Shown here one piece after another: positions 29,984 through 40,133 of a stretch of DNA of 64,000 bases. The notes beneath the pieces were generated by a model. That model saw nothing but the letters and a program-made list of their open reading frames with translations, searched no databases and was not told the DNA's origin. Within the stretch, counting starts at the first letter, position 1. Every line of letters begins with the position of its first letter. The stretch is from Alphaproteobacteria bacterium (GTDB taxonomy: Bacteria > Pseudomonadota > Alphaproteobacteria > Methylaequorales > Methylaequoraceae). Where the stretch lies: NCBI GenBank assembly GCA_045563055.1, contig JBJKUR010000012.1, positions 89,167 to 153,166 on the forward strand, read 5' to 3'. The position numbers and the translations under genes are program-made.

Positions 29984-32160
29984 TTTTGTGTGTATTCTTC
30001 AAACCAATTACTATTATATTTTATAAGCTTTTTCACCGAAATATCAAATTGATTTATTAAAGTAAAATTCTCACCATTAACTTCAGCGATTTTAATTACT
30101 TCAATATTATGAGATATTGCAAATTCTTGCAATATTTTGTCATTTTTTACTACTAATAAATAACGAGATTGATCTTCACAAAAAAGCCATTCTTTTTGCT
30201 TTTTAATTTTTTGCGGAATTAGTATCTTAATTCCTTTTTTATTTCTTATACATAATTCTGCTAGAGCGATAATAACTCCACCTTCTGAAATGTCATGACA
30301 TCCAGTGACGATTTTTGAATGTTTTCTAATAACTTTTTGAACAAATAATCCATTTTCTAATTCTACATCTAAATTTAGGGGTGGAGGTTTACCGCCTTCA
30401 ATTTTACTTACTCTATTGAACTCTGATAACTCCATATGACCAGAAGATTTCCCTAAAAGAAATATACTATCCCCAGTATTAATTTTTAAGCCTTTGACAA
30501 AAGAAATGTTTTCTATTAATCCTACACCACCTATGACTGGCGTTGGTAGGATAGATTTTTTATTTGTTTCATTATACAAAGATACATTTCCAGAAACGAC
30601 TGGATAATTTAACTTTTCACAAGCAAGCTTTATACCTTTTATACCCTCTTTTATTTGAAACATTATTTCTTTTTTTTCTGGATTTCCATAATTTAGATTG
30701 TCTGTTATTGCTATCGGTTGTGCTCCAGTTGCTATTAAATTTCTCCAGGATTCAGCAACACCTATTGCTGCACCAAGTTTTGGATTAGATTCACAAAAGA
30801 TTGGGTTGCAATCACATGTTATTGCAATAGCTTTTTTTGTTTTGTGTATCCTTATAACAGCAGCATCACTTTCTTCTGGTCCGTAAATTGTATCACACAT
30901 AACTGACCTATCGTACTGATTGTAAATCCATTTTTTTGATGAAAAATTCGGACTAGATAAAATTTTAACAAGTGCATTCTTGATAGTATGATTTATCTTG
31001 TTTTTCTTGATTATTTTAGATCTAATTTTTTTCTCCGGCCTATCGTATTCCGGAGATGAGTCGGCTAAAGGTTTGATTGGGAGTGTGCCAACTTTTTTTT
31101 TTCTGAAATATAACTCCATTTGCCCTGTATCCGTAATTTTTCCAATTTCCACTGCATCAAGACCCCACTTTTTAAATATCTCAAGAGTTTGAGTTTTTTT
31201 TGATGGTTTTATTACCATCAGCATTCTTTCTTGAGTTTCAGAAAGCATCATCTCATAAGGAGTCATATTTTCTTCTCGACATGGCACTTTATCAAGGACT
31301 AATTTTACACCACAAGAACCTTTAGAGGCCATTTCAAAAGATGATGATGTAAGGCCTGCTGCTCCCATATCTTGAATAGCTACGATTGCATCTTTTTTCA
31401 TTAATTCAAGACAAGATTCTAATAGAAGCTTTTCCATGAAAGGATCTCCAACTTGAACCTGTGGCCTGTTATCCTTAGAGTTTTTATCGAACTCTGATGA
31501 TGCCATTGTTGCTCCATGTATTCCATCTCTGCCAGTTTTTGATCCAACATAAATGATAGGATTCCCAATACCTTTAGCAACAGAATAAAAAATTTTCTTC
31601 TTGTCTACAAGGCCAACACACATAGCATTTACAAGTATATTATGATTGTATGATTCATGGAAAAAACACTCTCCACCAACAGTTGGAATGCCAACACAAT
31701 TTCCATAATCCCCAATTCCTTTAACAACACCCTTAAGTAGGTTTTTAGTTTTTGGATTTTTGGGACTGCCAAACCGTAGAGAGTTTAAGTTAGCAATAGG
31801 CCTTGCTCCCATAGTAAAAACATCTCTCATAATTCCACCTACACCTGTTGCGGCACCTTGATAAGGTTCAATAAAAGATGGATGGTTATGACTTTCCATT
31901 TTAAATACTATTGCATCACCATCACCAATATCAATAATACCTGCATTTTCTCCAGGTCCGCAAATCACTTTTTTTCCTGAAGTGGGAAGAGTTTTAAGCC
32001 ATTTTTTTGTAGATTTATACGAGCAATGTTCACTCCACATAACAGAAAATATTCCCAATTCTAAAAGATTAGGTTCTCTTTTGAGAATTTTTTTTATTAA
32101 TAAAAACTCATCTGCACTCAAGCCGTGCTTACTAATGACTTCATTAGAGATCTTACTCAT
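29980..32160 (-). CDS. purL: Phosphoribosylformylglycinamidine synthase subunit II
   Basis: 726 aa. It has [13 protein letters not shown] and duplicated AIRS-like domains, and lies in the pur cluster. Confidence 0.95.
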   Translation of the reverse strand: MSKISNEVISKHGLSADEFLLIKKILKREPNLLELGIFSVMWSEHCSYKSTKKWLKTLPTSGKKVICGPGENAGIIDIGDGDAIVFKMESHNHPSFIEPYQGAATGVGGIMRDVFTMGARPIANLNSLRFGSPKNPKTKNLLKGVVKGIGDYGNCVGIPTVGGECFFHESYNHNILVNAMCVGLVDKKKIFYSVAKGIGNPIIYVGSKTGRDGIHGATMASSEFDKNSKDNRPQVQVGDPFMEKLLLESCLELMKKDAIVAIQDMGAAGLTSSSFEMASKGSCGVKLVLDKVPCREENMTPYEMMLSETQERMLMVIKPSKKTQTLEIFKKWGLDAVEIGKITDTGQMELYFRKKKVGTLPIKPLADSSPEYDRPEKKIRSKIIKKNKINHTIKNALVKILSSPNFSSKKWIYNQYDRSVMCDTIYGPEESDAAVIRIHKTKKAIAITCDCNPIFCESNPKLGAAIGVAESWRNLIATGAQPIAITDNLNYGNPEKKEIMFQIKEGIKGIKLACEKLNYPVVSGNVSLYNETNKKSILPTPVIGGVGLIENISFVKGLKINTGDSIFLLGKSSGHMELSEFNRVSKIEGGKPPPLNLDVELENGLFVQKVIRKHSKIVTGCHDISEGGVIIALAELCIRNKKGIKILIPQKIKKQKEWLFCEDQSRYLLVVKNDKILQEFAISHNIEVIKIAEVNGENFTLINQFDISVKKLIKYNSNWFEEYTQK

Positions 32161-32846
32161 AGAAACTCCCTAAGACCGTCAAAAAAATTTTTTCCATCTT
32201 GACTTCCAAAATTCTCAATAGCTCTCTCAGGATGTGGCATCATACCAAGAATATTTTTTTGTTTATTTGTTATACCAGCAATATTATTTATCGAACCGTT
32301 TGGATTGTTTTCTTTATTTATACTTCCGTTTTCACAACAATATTTAAAAATAATTTGATTATTATCTTCTAATTTTTTTAAGGAATCTTGAGTTGTGAAG
32401 TAATTTCCCTGGGCATGCGCGATAGGAAGTTTTAAAATTTTCTTTTTTAAATTTTTGGTAAAGTTTGATGTTATATTTTGAACTTTTAAAAAAACATCAT
32501 CACATATGAAAAGCTGGTTTTTATTGTTTATTAATGTTCCATCTAGCAACTTGCACTCTGTCAATATTTGAAAACCATTACAAATTCCAACTACTGGGAA
32601 TCCTTTTTTCGCAAACTTTACTACTTCTTTTATTGCTGGAGATTTTGTTGCTAAAACTCCAGCACGCAAATAATCTCCATATGAAAATCCTCCAGGTATA
32701 AATATCATTTCACACTTTCTAATATGACTATCTGCATGCCAAATATAATTTATATCAACATCAAGGTTTTTCTCGATCGCAACTGACAAGTCTCTATCAC
32801 AATTAGACCCTGGGAAAACAATAATTGAAATACGTTTTTTAGCCAC
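32157..32846 (-). CDS. purQ: Phosphoribosylformylglycinamidine synthase subunit I (glutaminase)
   Basis: 229 aa with FPGSNCDRD, the GICNGFQ nucleophile Cys and MMPHPER. The start is GTG. Confidence 0.95.
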   Translation of the reverse strand: MAKKRISIIVFPGSNCDRDLSVAIEKNLDVDINYIWHADSHIRKCEMIFIPGGFSYGDYLRAGVLATKSPAIKEVVKFAKKGFPVVGICNGFQILTECKLLDGTLINNKNQLFICDDVFLKVQNITSNFTKNLKKKILKLPIAHAQGNYFTTQDSLKKLEDNNQIIFKYCCENGSINKENNPNGSINNIAGITNKQKNILGMMPHPERAIENFGSQDGKNFFDGLREFL

Positions 32847-32849
32847 AAA

Positions 32850-33083
32850 TTATTTTTTTATTATTTTAAAATTTTCTACGACAGGATTAGAAAGAAGGTC
32901 TTTACTTATTCTTTCAATTTCGTTGAGTGAATTTTTAGAATCCGAAACTTCAATATCAAAGAATTTGCCTTTTGTTAAATTTTTTAACGATTTAAATCCC
33001 ATATTATTAATTGTTTTTTTAATTGCCTCAGCCTCAGGGTCTAAAATTCCTTTTTTAAAATTTACATAAATTCTATAAATCAT
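32850..33083 (-). CDS. purS: Phosphoribosylformylglycinamidine synthase subunit PurS
   Basis: 77 aa. It has the GILDPEA motif and sits between purC and purQ. Confidence 0.9.
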   Translation of the reverse strand: MIYRIYVNFKKGILDPEAEAIKKTINNMGFKSLKNLTKGKFFDIEVSDSKNSLNEIERISKDLLSNPVVENFKIIKK

Positions 33084-33831
33084 TCTTTATAACCTTTTTA
33101 AATTCATTCTCTGACAAGACCCCCAATCTGTAGGCAACTTCTTTGTAAGCTTTATCTACATCTCCAAGATCTTGCCTGAATCTATCTTTATCAAGCTTTC
33201 TATTTGTTTTTAGATCCCAAAGGCGACAATTATCAGGACTTATTTCATCTGCTAGTATAATTGAAGCTTCATCATTTCGCCAATTTCTCCCAAATTCTAG
33301 CTTGAAATCAACCAATCTAATGTTTAAAGAGAAAAAATACCCAGTCAAAAAATCATTAATTCTAGAAGAAAGCGAGATCATTTCTTCTAATTCGTTAGGA
33401 GTAGCCCACTCAAAGACTATTATATGTTCTTCTGTGATTATAGGATCATTTAATTCATCATTTTTTAAGTAAAACTCAACAATCGGTCTATTAAGTACTT
33501 TACCTTCTTCTATTCCTAAACGCTTTACTAAGGAACCAGTTGCAATATTCCTAACCACCAGTTCAATTGGAATTATTTCAAGTTTTTTTACTAACTGCTC
33601 CCTCATATTTAGCCGTTTCAAAAAATGATTTGGTATGTTGATGTCATTCAGTCTTGTCATTATAAGCTCTGATATAAAGTTATTTAAAACTCCTTTGCCT
33701 GGAATCATTGATTTTTTCTTATTATTGAAGGCTGTTGTATCATCCTTAAAATATTGAATCAGCGTATCTGGATCAGGCCCTTTATACAAAATCTTGGCTT
33801 TTCCTTCATATACTTTTTTTCTATTCTTCAT
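33073..33831 (-). CDS. purC: Phosphoribosylaminoimidazole-succinocarboxamide synthase
   Basis: 252 aa. YEGKAK, IP.E.V.RN.A.GS and LVDFKLEFG are SAICAR synthase motifs. Confidence 0.95.
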   Translation of the reverse strand: MKNRKKVYEGKAKILYKGPDPDTLIQYFKDDTTAFNNKKKSMIPGKGVLNNFISELIMTRLNDINIPNHFLKRLNMREQLVKKLEIIPIELVVRNIATGSLVKRLGIEEGKVLNRPIVEFYLKNDELNDPIITEEHIIVFEWATPNELEEMISLSSRINDFLTGYFFSLNIRLVDFKLEFGRNWRNDEASIILADEISPDNCRLWDLKTNRKLDKDRFRQDLGDVDKAYKEVAYRLGVLSENEFKKVIKNDL

Positions 33832-35120
33832 CTCAAAACCTTTTTATAAATTTTATCAACATTTTTTAAATAATAATTTAAATCAAATAAGTTTTCAATT
33901 TCACGTGATTTTAAAACAGATATAACTTTTCCTTCTTTTTTTAATAATTCTTTAAACTCTTTGTCACTTTTCCATGACTCTAGGGCTACTCTTTGAACAA
34001 TTCTGTATGCATTTTCACGTGTAAGTTTTTTTTCTACTAAAGCAAGCATTACTCTCTGCGAATTAAATAAACCTCTAGTTCTATTTAAATTCTCAAGCAT
34101 CACTTTCTTATTTACAACTAAGTTTTTAATAACACTGTTCATTCTATGGATTGCAAAATCACATAATACAATTGTATCTGGTCCAAGTGTTCTTTCAACT
34201 GAGGAATGAGAAATATCTCTCTCATGCCATAAAGAAATATTTTCCATAAATGGAATAACACTAGATCTTATGACTCTAGAAATACCAGTTAAATTTTCAC
34301 TTAATATTGGGTTTTTCTTATGTGGCATCGCGGACGAACCTTTCTGATCTTTTGAGAAATATTCTTCAACCTCTCGTACCTCGCTTCTTTGAAGGTGACG
34401 TATCTCTGTCGCTAAATTCTCTATAGACGAAGCAATTAAAGCCAGAGTTGAAAAGAAAAATGCGTGTCTATCTCTTGGTATTACCTGGGTTGAAACCTTT
34501 TCACATTTTAAGCCTAGATTTTTTGCAACATATTTTTCCACATCAGGGTGAATATTTGAATAAGTGCCAACAGCCCCTGAAATACTACAAATAGAAATCT
34601 GCTTTTCAGCTTCACATAATCTGTCATAGTGTCTCTTAAATTCGCAAAATCTTCCAAGCATTTTTAAACCAAAGGTCGTTGGTTCTGCAAAAATACCGTG
34701 ACTTCTTCCAATACAAGCACAATTTTTGAAAGTTAAAGCTTTAGACCTTAGATTTTTTATTAAATTTCTTAATCCTTCTTTAATAATTTTACTTGATTGT
34801 CTTAATTGAAGAGAATAAGACGTATCTATAATATCTGATGAGGTAACACCTTTATGAATAAATCTTGAGTCAGGACCAACATACTCACTTACATTTGTTA
34901 GAAAAGCTATAACGTCATGCTTCACCTCTTTTTCAATTTGATCAATTCGTGCGATATCAAATTTTGCTTTTTTCTTAATTGTGTGTAGAGATTTTTTTGG
35001 GATTTCTCCTTTGATAGCTAATGCTTCACAAATTAATAATTCAATTTTCAACCAAATATTAAATTTATTATTTGCTTGCCAAATATCTGATATTTCTTTT
35101 CTGGTATACCTTGGTATCAT
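33828..35120 (-). CDS. purB: Adenylosuccinate lyase
   Basis: 430 aa. [11 protein letters not shown] is the fumarate lyase signature. Confidence 0.95.
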   Translation of the reverse strand: MIPRYTRKEISDIWQANNKFNIWLKIELLICEALAIKGEIPKKSLHTIKKKAKFDIARIDQIEKEVKHDVIAFLTNVSEYVGPDSRFIHKGVTSSDIIDTSYSLQLRQSSKIIKEGLRNLIKNLRSKALTFKNCACIGRSHGIFAEPTTFGLKMLGRFCEFKRHYDRLCEAEKQISICSISGAVGTYSNIHPDVEKYVAKNLGLKCEKVSTQVIPRDRHAFFFSTLALIASSIENLATEIRHLQRSEVREVEEYFSKDQKGSSAMPHKKNPILSENLTGISRVIRSSVIPFMENISLWHERDISHSSVERTLGPDTIVLCDFAIHRMNSVIKNLVVNKKVMLENLNRTRGLFNSQRVMLALVEKKLTRENAYRIVQRVALESWKSDKEFKELLKKEGKVISVLKSREIENLFDLNYYLKNVDKIYKKVLR

Positions 35121-35125
35121 ATCTA

Positions 35126-35908
35126 TTAATAAGGAGGATGAGTATAATTCTTTTTGGATAATGTGAATATTTCATACCCGTTGCCGGTAACTCCAACTGT
35201 ATGTTCAAATTGAGCAGAGAGTGATTTATCAGATGTAACAGCGGTCCAACCGTCTGAAAGAACTTTTACTTTATAATCACCAATGTTTACCATTGGTTCG
35301 ACAGTAAAAAACATCCCTTCTTCAAGTATTTGTCCTTCTCCTGGTTTGCCGAAGTGGAGAATGCTTGGATGATCATGAAAAACCTCTCCTAAACCATGAC
35401 CACAAAAATCTCTTACAACTGAATAATTATTTTTTTCTGCATAAGTTTGGATGGCATGTCCAATATCACCAAGAGTTTTTCCAGGTTTGATAGTTTCTAT
35501 CCCCTTCATCATAGCTTCGTAAGTTATTTCTACGAGCTTGCTTGCTTTTAGCTTTACATTACCAACAAAAAACATCCTACTCGTATCACCGTGCCATCCA
35601 TCTAGAATTGGAGTCACATCTATGTTTAAGATATCTCCTTCACTTAAAATTTTCTCACCTGGTATTCCATGACAGACAACGTGATTTACTGAAGTACAGA
35701 TTGATTTAGGAAATCCTTTGTAACCAAGTGGTGCTGGCACAGCACCTCTTTCAGTTTGAAAATTATGGCAGATATCGTTCAATTCCAAAGTTGTAACACC
35801 AGGTTTTACGAATTCTGTTACATAATCAAGACATTCAGCGGCAAGTTGACCAGCCTTTCTCATAAAATTGAATTCATCTTTCGTATGTAATTTGATAGTG
35901 TTATTCAT
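35126..35908 (-). CDS. map: Type I methionyl aminopeptidase
   Basis: 260 aa. The metal ligands appear in DV..ILDGWHGD, HG.G and EP contexts typical of MAP type I. Confidence 0.95.
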   Translation of the reverse strand: MNNTIKLHTKDEFNFMRKAGQLAAECLDYVTEFVKPGVTTLELNDICHNFQTERGAVPAPLGYKGFPKSICTSVNHVVCHGIPGEKILSEGDILNIDVTPILDGWHGDTSRMFFVGNVKLKASKLVEITYEAMMKGIETIKPGKTLGDIGHAIQTYAEKNNYSVVRDFCGHGLGEVFHDHPSILHFGKPGEGQILEEGMFFTVEPMVNIGDYKVKVLSDGWTAVTSDKSLSAQFEHTVGVTGNGYEIFTLSKKNYTHPPY

Positions 35909-35957
35909 TAAAAGAATAATTTATAGTAAAAAACTCTAAACTTACAGTAAAAATTTA

Positions 35958-36704
35958 ATGAAAACAAAAACAAGAACAGCAGGAATAATAATTATTGGTA
36001 ATGAAATCCTATCAGGAAAAACGCTTGAAACTAATTCTAATTTCATTTGTAAAGAATTTTTCAAAATTGGAGTGGTTTGTGAGGAAATAAGAGTAATAAA
36101 AGACTTGAAAGTCAGAATTATTGAGGTGGTTAAAGAGTTTAGAAATAAATACAATTATGTGTTTACATCTGGAGGTATAGGCCCCACGCATGATGATATT
36201 ACCACAGATGCGATAAGTTCAGCCCTTAATAGAAAACTTTTATTAAATAAAGATGCAAAGGAAAGATTAACAAATCATTATTCTGATGATGTTTTAACTA
36301 AAGCTAGATTGAAAATGGCGTATATCCCAGAAGATGCAGTTTTAATTGATAATCCAGTAAGTGTTGCCCCTGGTTATGTTGTTGAGAATGTTTATGTTTT
36401 CCCTGGAGTACCAAAAATTTTAGAAATTATGGTTAAAGAAATTGTAAGAAATCTTGATCAAGGAGAAAGATTTTTCAAAAAAACTGTTTCCACAACACTT
36501 TCAGAAGGAATAATAGGGGAGTTTGTAGAAAGCGTGCAAGCAAAGTACAATGATTTAGAGATAGGAAGCTATCCTTATTTTAAAAAAAATAGATTTGGGG
36601 TTTCGCTTGTAATTAAGGGTCGAAAAGAGGAACAGGTGAAAATGGCAACTGAAGAAATTTTTGACTACATTCATTCAACAAATGGTCAACCAAGAATCTT
36701 TTAG
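35958..36704 (+). CDS. Molybdopterin-binding (MoCF/CinA N-terminal domain) protein
   Basis: 248 aa. AGIIIIGNEILSGKT.E.N and FTSGGIGPTHDD are the MoCF_biosynth/CinA motifs. There is no CinA C-terminal deamidase domain. Confidence 0.75.
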   Translation: MKTKTRTAGIIIIGNEILSGKTLETNSNFICKEFFKIGVVCEEIRVIKDLKVRIIEVVKEFRNKYNYVFTSGGIGPTHDDITTDAISSALNRKLLLNKDAKERLTNHYSDDVLTKARLKMAYIPEDAVLIDNPVSVAPGYVVENVYVFPGVPKILEIMVKEIVRNLDQGERFFKKTVSTTLSEGIIGEFVESVQAKYNDLEIGSYPYFKKNRFGVSLVIKGRKEEQVKMATEEIFDYIHSTNGQPRIF

Positions 36705-37072
36705 CTTTTATTTTTAATAAAAATAGAAAATTCTTTTTCTATAATTGAATTTAAATTTTTCTGAATCCAAAATTCCATTAGTTTATTAAATCTTTTGTTA
36801 TAATCTTGAACTTTGTTCTCATTAGATAAAATTAATCTTTTATAATTATTATTAGTTTGTTCAAATTTTTTTTTACTCCAGTCGAAATGATTAGGGTTGT
36901 TGTCGGTTTTTGAATCATGTTCTATGATTTCTTGTACGCTATGGATCTCTGTGTTTTTATTGTTTATCAATTTATTTTTCTCTGAAACGACCATTTCATA
37001 TTCGTTTCGAGCTTCACTGATAAGTTTGTAGATTGATCCTATTAATTCTTCAATAGTTTTTTTTTCATCCAT
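36701..37072 (-). CDS. Small DUF2497/PopZ-like protein (tentative)
   Basis: 123 aa. The N-terminus TIEELIGSIYKLISE resembles the PopZ/DUF2497 N-motif (MEEIL.SIR.IIS.). The C-terminus LMEFWIQKNLNSIIEKE resembles the L..WL..NLP.IVE motif. The middle is a low-complexity N/K/E-rich linker. Confidence 0.45.
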   Translation of the reverse strand: MDEKKTIEELIGSIYKLISEARNEYEMVVSEKNKLINNKNTEIHSVQEIIEHDSKTDNNPNHFDWSKKKFEQTNNNYKRLILSNENKVQDYNKRFNKLMEFWIQKNLNSIIEKEFSIFIKNKS

Positions 37073-37102
37073 TTCTAAAATTTATATTTTCTTTTTAAAA
37101 CA

Positions 37103-37121
37103 ATCAATTAATTTAATTGAT
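37103..37121. promoter_or_regulatory. Perfect 9-1-9 palindrome ATCAATTAA-T-TTAATTGAT in a divergent promoter region
   Basis: I read it directly. It lies in the 117-nt gap between 36701-37072 (-) and 37190-37648 (+). Confidence 0.3.
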
Positions 37122-37189
37122 AAAACTTATAAAAAATTTTGTATATAATTTAAGTTTGGAAACAATTTTATGATAGTGTTGAGGTTATA

Positions 37190-37648
37190 ATGATATTACC
37201 TAATGATTTAATTCCTTATTCATTTATTTTCATCGCCATAATATTTTTATTGGCCGCAAAGAAAAATAAAATTAATATCAAGAATCAAAACAAAATTGAG
37301 GATACTGAAATTAAAAGTTTAGGAAAAGAAATCAAAAGAGAAATATTAGAAAATTCCGAATCAAAGCTTAAAGCATTAAAAGATCTCTATCATCAGGATT
37401 TAATAGATTCAAAGATTTATTTATCAAAATCTGAAATAATTGCTAAGAACTTAAGTAAAGAAATTGGGGAAGATATTATGCATTTACCAAAAGTACAACA
37501 GAAAGTTATTTTCTCAGACTTAAAAAAAGAAATTAAAAAAAAAATTTTTAACGATGTTATAAAACATGATAAAACAAACATTGACAACTTAATTTTAGCC
37601 GTGGATGATAAGATCAAGAAAGAAAGTATTAATAATGAAGAAAAGTAA
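37190..37648 (+). CDS. Hypothetical membrane-anchored protein, possibly with a SHOCT-like motif
   Basis: 152 aa with one N-terminal TM helix. LKALKDLYHQDLIDSKIYLSKSEII resembles SHOCT short C-terminal domains. It is K/E-rich. Confidence 0.45.
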   Translation: MILPNDLIPYSFIFIAIIFLLAAKKNKINIKNQNKIEDTEIKSLGKEIKREILENSESKLKALKDLYHQDLIDSKIYLSKSEIIAKNLSKEIGEDIMHLPKVQQKVIFSDLKKEIKKKIFNDVIKHDKTNIDNLILAVDDKIKKESINNEEK

Positions 37649-37883
37649 TTCAGATATAGTTAATCATGTTAAGAGTGTTATAACTGAAAAAAAAGACAAA
37701 AAACATTCTGAGCTACAAAATTCTGAATTAGAAGTTATTAAAGAAGAAAAAATAGAAGAGAAAACTGAAGTGCAAAATTATGATATTCAGATTGACAATG
37801 AAATTCAGAAATGGATTCAATCAAATGCTGAGAAAATTTGCAAAGAAATTGTTAGAGAGGAAGTAAAAAAAATTTTTAAGTAG
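37635..37883 (+). CDS. Hypothetical K/E-rich protein with a PopZ/DUF2497-like C-terminal motif
   Basis: The internal ATG of track ORF 37605-37883 overlaps the upstream stop by 14 nt. The C-terminus IQKWIQSNAEKICKEIVREEVKKIF resembles the DUF2497 C-motif. Confidence 0.4.
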   Translation: MKKSNSDIVNHVKSVITEKKDKKHSELQNSELEVIKEEKIEEKTEVQNYDIQIDNEIQKWIQSNAEKICKEIVREEVKKIFK

Positions 37884-37928
37884 ATATTTCTTTCTAATAT
37901 TAAATATCAATATTATAAATATATTTAA

Positions 37929-38017
37929 GCGAGCGTGCTGAAATTGGTAAACAGACAGGACTTAAAATCCTGCGGGTGGCGACACCCTTGTGGGTTCAAG
38001 TCCCACCGCTCGCACCA
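37929..38017 (+). tRNA. tRNA-Leu (anticodon UAA), class II with long variable arm
   Basis: 89 nt: acceptor GCGAGCG/CGCTCGC, anticodon arm CAGGA-CTTAAAA-TCCTG, variable arm GGGTG-GCGA-CACCC, T arm GTGGG-TTCAAGT-CCCAC and an encoded CCA. Confidence 0.9.
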
Positions 38018-38021
38018 ACAA

Positions 38022-38741
38022 ATGAAGGTTATGATAATTTTTTTTTCCAGAGTATTTATTTTTACTGTATCATTGATTTTCTTTAATATTTTATCCGCAA
38101 ATGAATTAGAAGAAAAAATAAAAAAGTACATCCTGCAAAACCCTGAGATAATAATTCAATCTCTACAAAATTATGAAAATAAAAAAGAATTAGAGGAAAA
38201 ATCTCAGAATAAAGAATTAATTAAAAAACTTAAAGATAAAATTTTCTTGTCTAACATAATGCTATATGAGGGAAATATTTCTGGGTCAGAAGTGATTGTA
38301 GAGTTCTTTGACTATAATTGTTCATACTGCAAAAGAGCTCATCAAGACGTACAGAAAGTTATAGAAAAAAATAAAAATGTTAAGGTGATATATAAAAACT
38401 TTCCAATTTTATCTGAAAATTCTGTAAAACTAGCTAAGTATGCCATTGCAATATCAGAGATTAATAACAAAAAGTTCATAGAATTTCATAATTTCCTTAT
38501 TAATCATAAAGGTCGAGTAGAAGAAAATCACTTAAGTGAAATTCTTAAAAAGATTAAAATACCTGAAACAAAAATTATAGAAAGAATTAATACAACAGAA
38601 ATTAATAATAAACTTGAAAAAGATGTTATGTTGGCAAACGAACTTGGGCTGAGAGGAACACCGGCATTTATTATTGGTAATGAGATTATTTTTGGATATC
38701 TCAATCATCAAGAGATGATTGCTAAAATTAATCAACAATAA
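38022..38741 (+). CDS. DsbA-family thiol:disulfide oxidoreductase
   Basis: The first ATG after the tRNA is taken as the start, because the track ORF 37935-38741 reads through the tRNA. It has a signal anchor, a CSYC (CxxC) active site and GTPAFIIG, typical of the DsbA/Thioredoxin_4 family. Confidence 0.75.
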   Translation: MKVMIIFFSRVFIFTVSLIFFNILSANELEEKIKKYILQNPEIIIQSLQNYENKKELEEKSQNKELIKKLKDKIFLSNIMLYEGNISGSEVIVEFFDYNCSYCKRAHQDVQKVIEKNKNVKVIYKNFPILSENSVKLAKYAIAISEINNKKFIEFHNFLINHKGRVEENHLSEILKKIKIPETKIIERINTTEINNKLEKDVMLANELGLRGTPAFIIGNEIIFGYLNHQEMIAKINQQ

Positions 38742-39178
38742 AGATTGTTCTTTGTTTTAGTCTTAAATTTTGCTGCAAAACCATTGCTATAGAGTATTTT
38801 TTTTCCAAACTGGCTAAGATAAATGTTGTGAATTACTAATGCATCCATTTCTCGTAAATGCTTTTTTGTTTTATTTTCATAATCATTAAATTTTTTTTGA
38901 TCTTCTTGTAAAATATGGACTAATTCATGCATCAAGACACCCCTGTGACAAATATCACTCATAGGTTTAAGTGTATTGGACAAGTAAACAGTATTTTTTG
39001 GGTTGTCGGGAGTTAAAGCTTGAATCTCACAGTCCCTTTTGCATGCGATTTCGGATAATTCCTTTTGATCTAAAAACTCTACTTTTGGCATTTCTTTAGG
39101 ATCACTATATTCAGTATTGGTTGTTATCCATAAAAGTAATGCTACTATAAGTTGATTTAAAGTTTCATATTTTTCCAT
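38732..39178 (-). CDS. Hypothetical protein with an HExxH zinc-metallopeptidase motif
   Basis: 148 aa with an N-terminal hydrophobic segment, VLMHELVHILQ (HExxH) and several Cys. I cannot assign a family. Confidence 0.45.
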   Translation of the reverse strand: MEKYETLNQLIVALLLWITTNTEYSDPKEMPKVEFLDQKELSEIACKRDCEIQALTPDNPKNTVYLSNTLKPMSDICHRGVLMHELVHILQEDQKKFNDYENKTKKHLREMDALVIHNIYLSQFGKKILYSNGFAAKFKTKTKNNLYC

Positions 39179-39191
39179 TATATTACTATCA

Positions 39192-40133
39192 ATGATAAAA
39201 AAATTATTTATTCATCGCTCTTTACCTGAAATGTATAACATAGATGTAGATGATAACAATAAAATTTATACGGAAGTAAGCGGGAAAAAAAACGGTATTC
39301 CAGTTATTTTTATTCATGGAGGACCTGGAGGGCATTGTAGAAGTGAACATCATTCTCTTTTCGATCCCGAAATATATAGATCAATTATCTTTGACCAAAG
39401 AGGTTGCGGTAAGAGTAAGCCCTACAGATCTTTAAGTGGGAACAATACAATTAATTTAGTTGAAGACATTGATAAAATAAGAGAATTCTTTAAAATTAAA
39501 AAATTTTTAATTGTTGGTGGCTCCTGGGGAGCTACACTTGCAATAAAATATGCATTAAAATATCCCAAAAATCTATTTGGAATTCTTCTAAGATCTGTTT
39601 TTTTAGGAACTGAAAATGAAATTAAATGGGCATTTATAGAAAATCCTAAAAACTTTGCACCAAACTTATACGAGACATTTTTAAAGTATTCTAGTGGTAA
39701 CGATTTAATTGCTTCATATTACAAAAAAATTTTCAAAGATAATTCAAAACTTCATTCGTGGATATGGCACGATTATGAGAGAATTTTGTCTCAATTAAAC
39801 CCACAAAACTATTCTTTTCACGATGAAAAAGAATTGTTGAAAAGAGATGGTCTACCGAACTCACCATTTATGGAACTTTATTATATAAAAAATAACTTTT
39901 TTATGGACGATAATGAAATTCTGAATAATGTAGGAAAAATATCTCATATACCTGCATATATTGTTCAGGGAAGGTATGATTTAATCTGTCCTCCAGTTAA
40001 TGCATTCAATTTATCCAACAAATGGAGGTCATCGAAAATTACCTTTGTAAATACTGCTGGTCACTCCTCCTCAGACGAAGGTATAATTGATAACTTATTA
40101 ATTGGTTTAAAAGAATTAACGAAGCATTCCTAA
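39192..40133 (+). CDS. pip: Prolyl aminopeptidase (proline iminopeptidase, alpha/beta hydrolase)
   Basis: 313 aa. HGGPGG, DQRGCGKS and the GGSWG nucleophile elbow are S33 family motifs. Confidence 0.85.
   Translation: MIKKLFIHRSLPEMYNIDVDDNNKIYTEVSGKKNGIPVIFIHGGPGGHCRSEHHSLFDPEIYRSIIFDQRGCGKSKPYRSLSGNNTINLVEDIDKIREFFKIKKFLIVGGSWGATLAIKYALKYPKNLFGILLRSVFLGTENEIKWAFIENPKNFAPNLYETFLKYSSGNDLIASYYKKIFKDNSKLHSWIWHDYERILSQLNPQNYSFHDEKELLKRDGLPNSPFMELYYIKNNFFMDDNEILNNVGKISHIPAYIVQGRYDLICPPVNAFNLSNKWRSSKITFVNTAGHSSSDEGIIDNLLIGLKELTKHS

Noticed and set aside
37605-37648. The possibility that 37190-37648 and 37605-37883 are one gene broken by another +1 homopolymer indel. The frame relationship is the same as in the five confirmed cases.
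   Set aside because: The 44-nt overlap contains no homopolymer longer than 4 nt, and there is no conserved protein block spanning the junction to anchor a correction. An ATG (37635) that overlaps the upstream stop is a normal coupling arrangement. I treated them as two genes.
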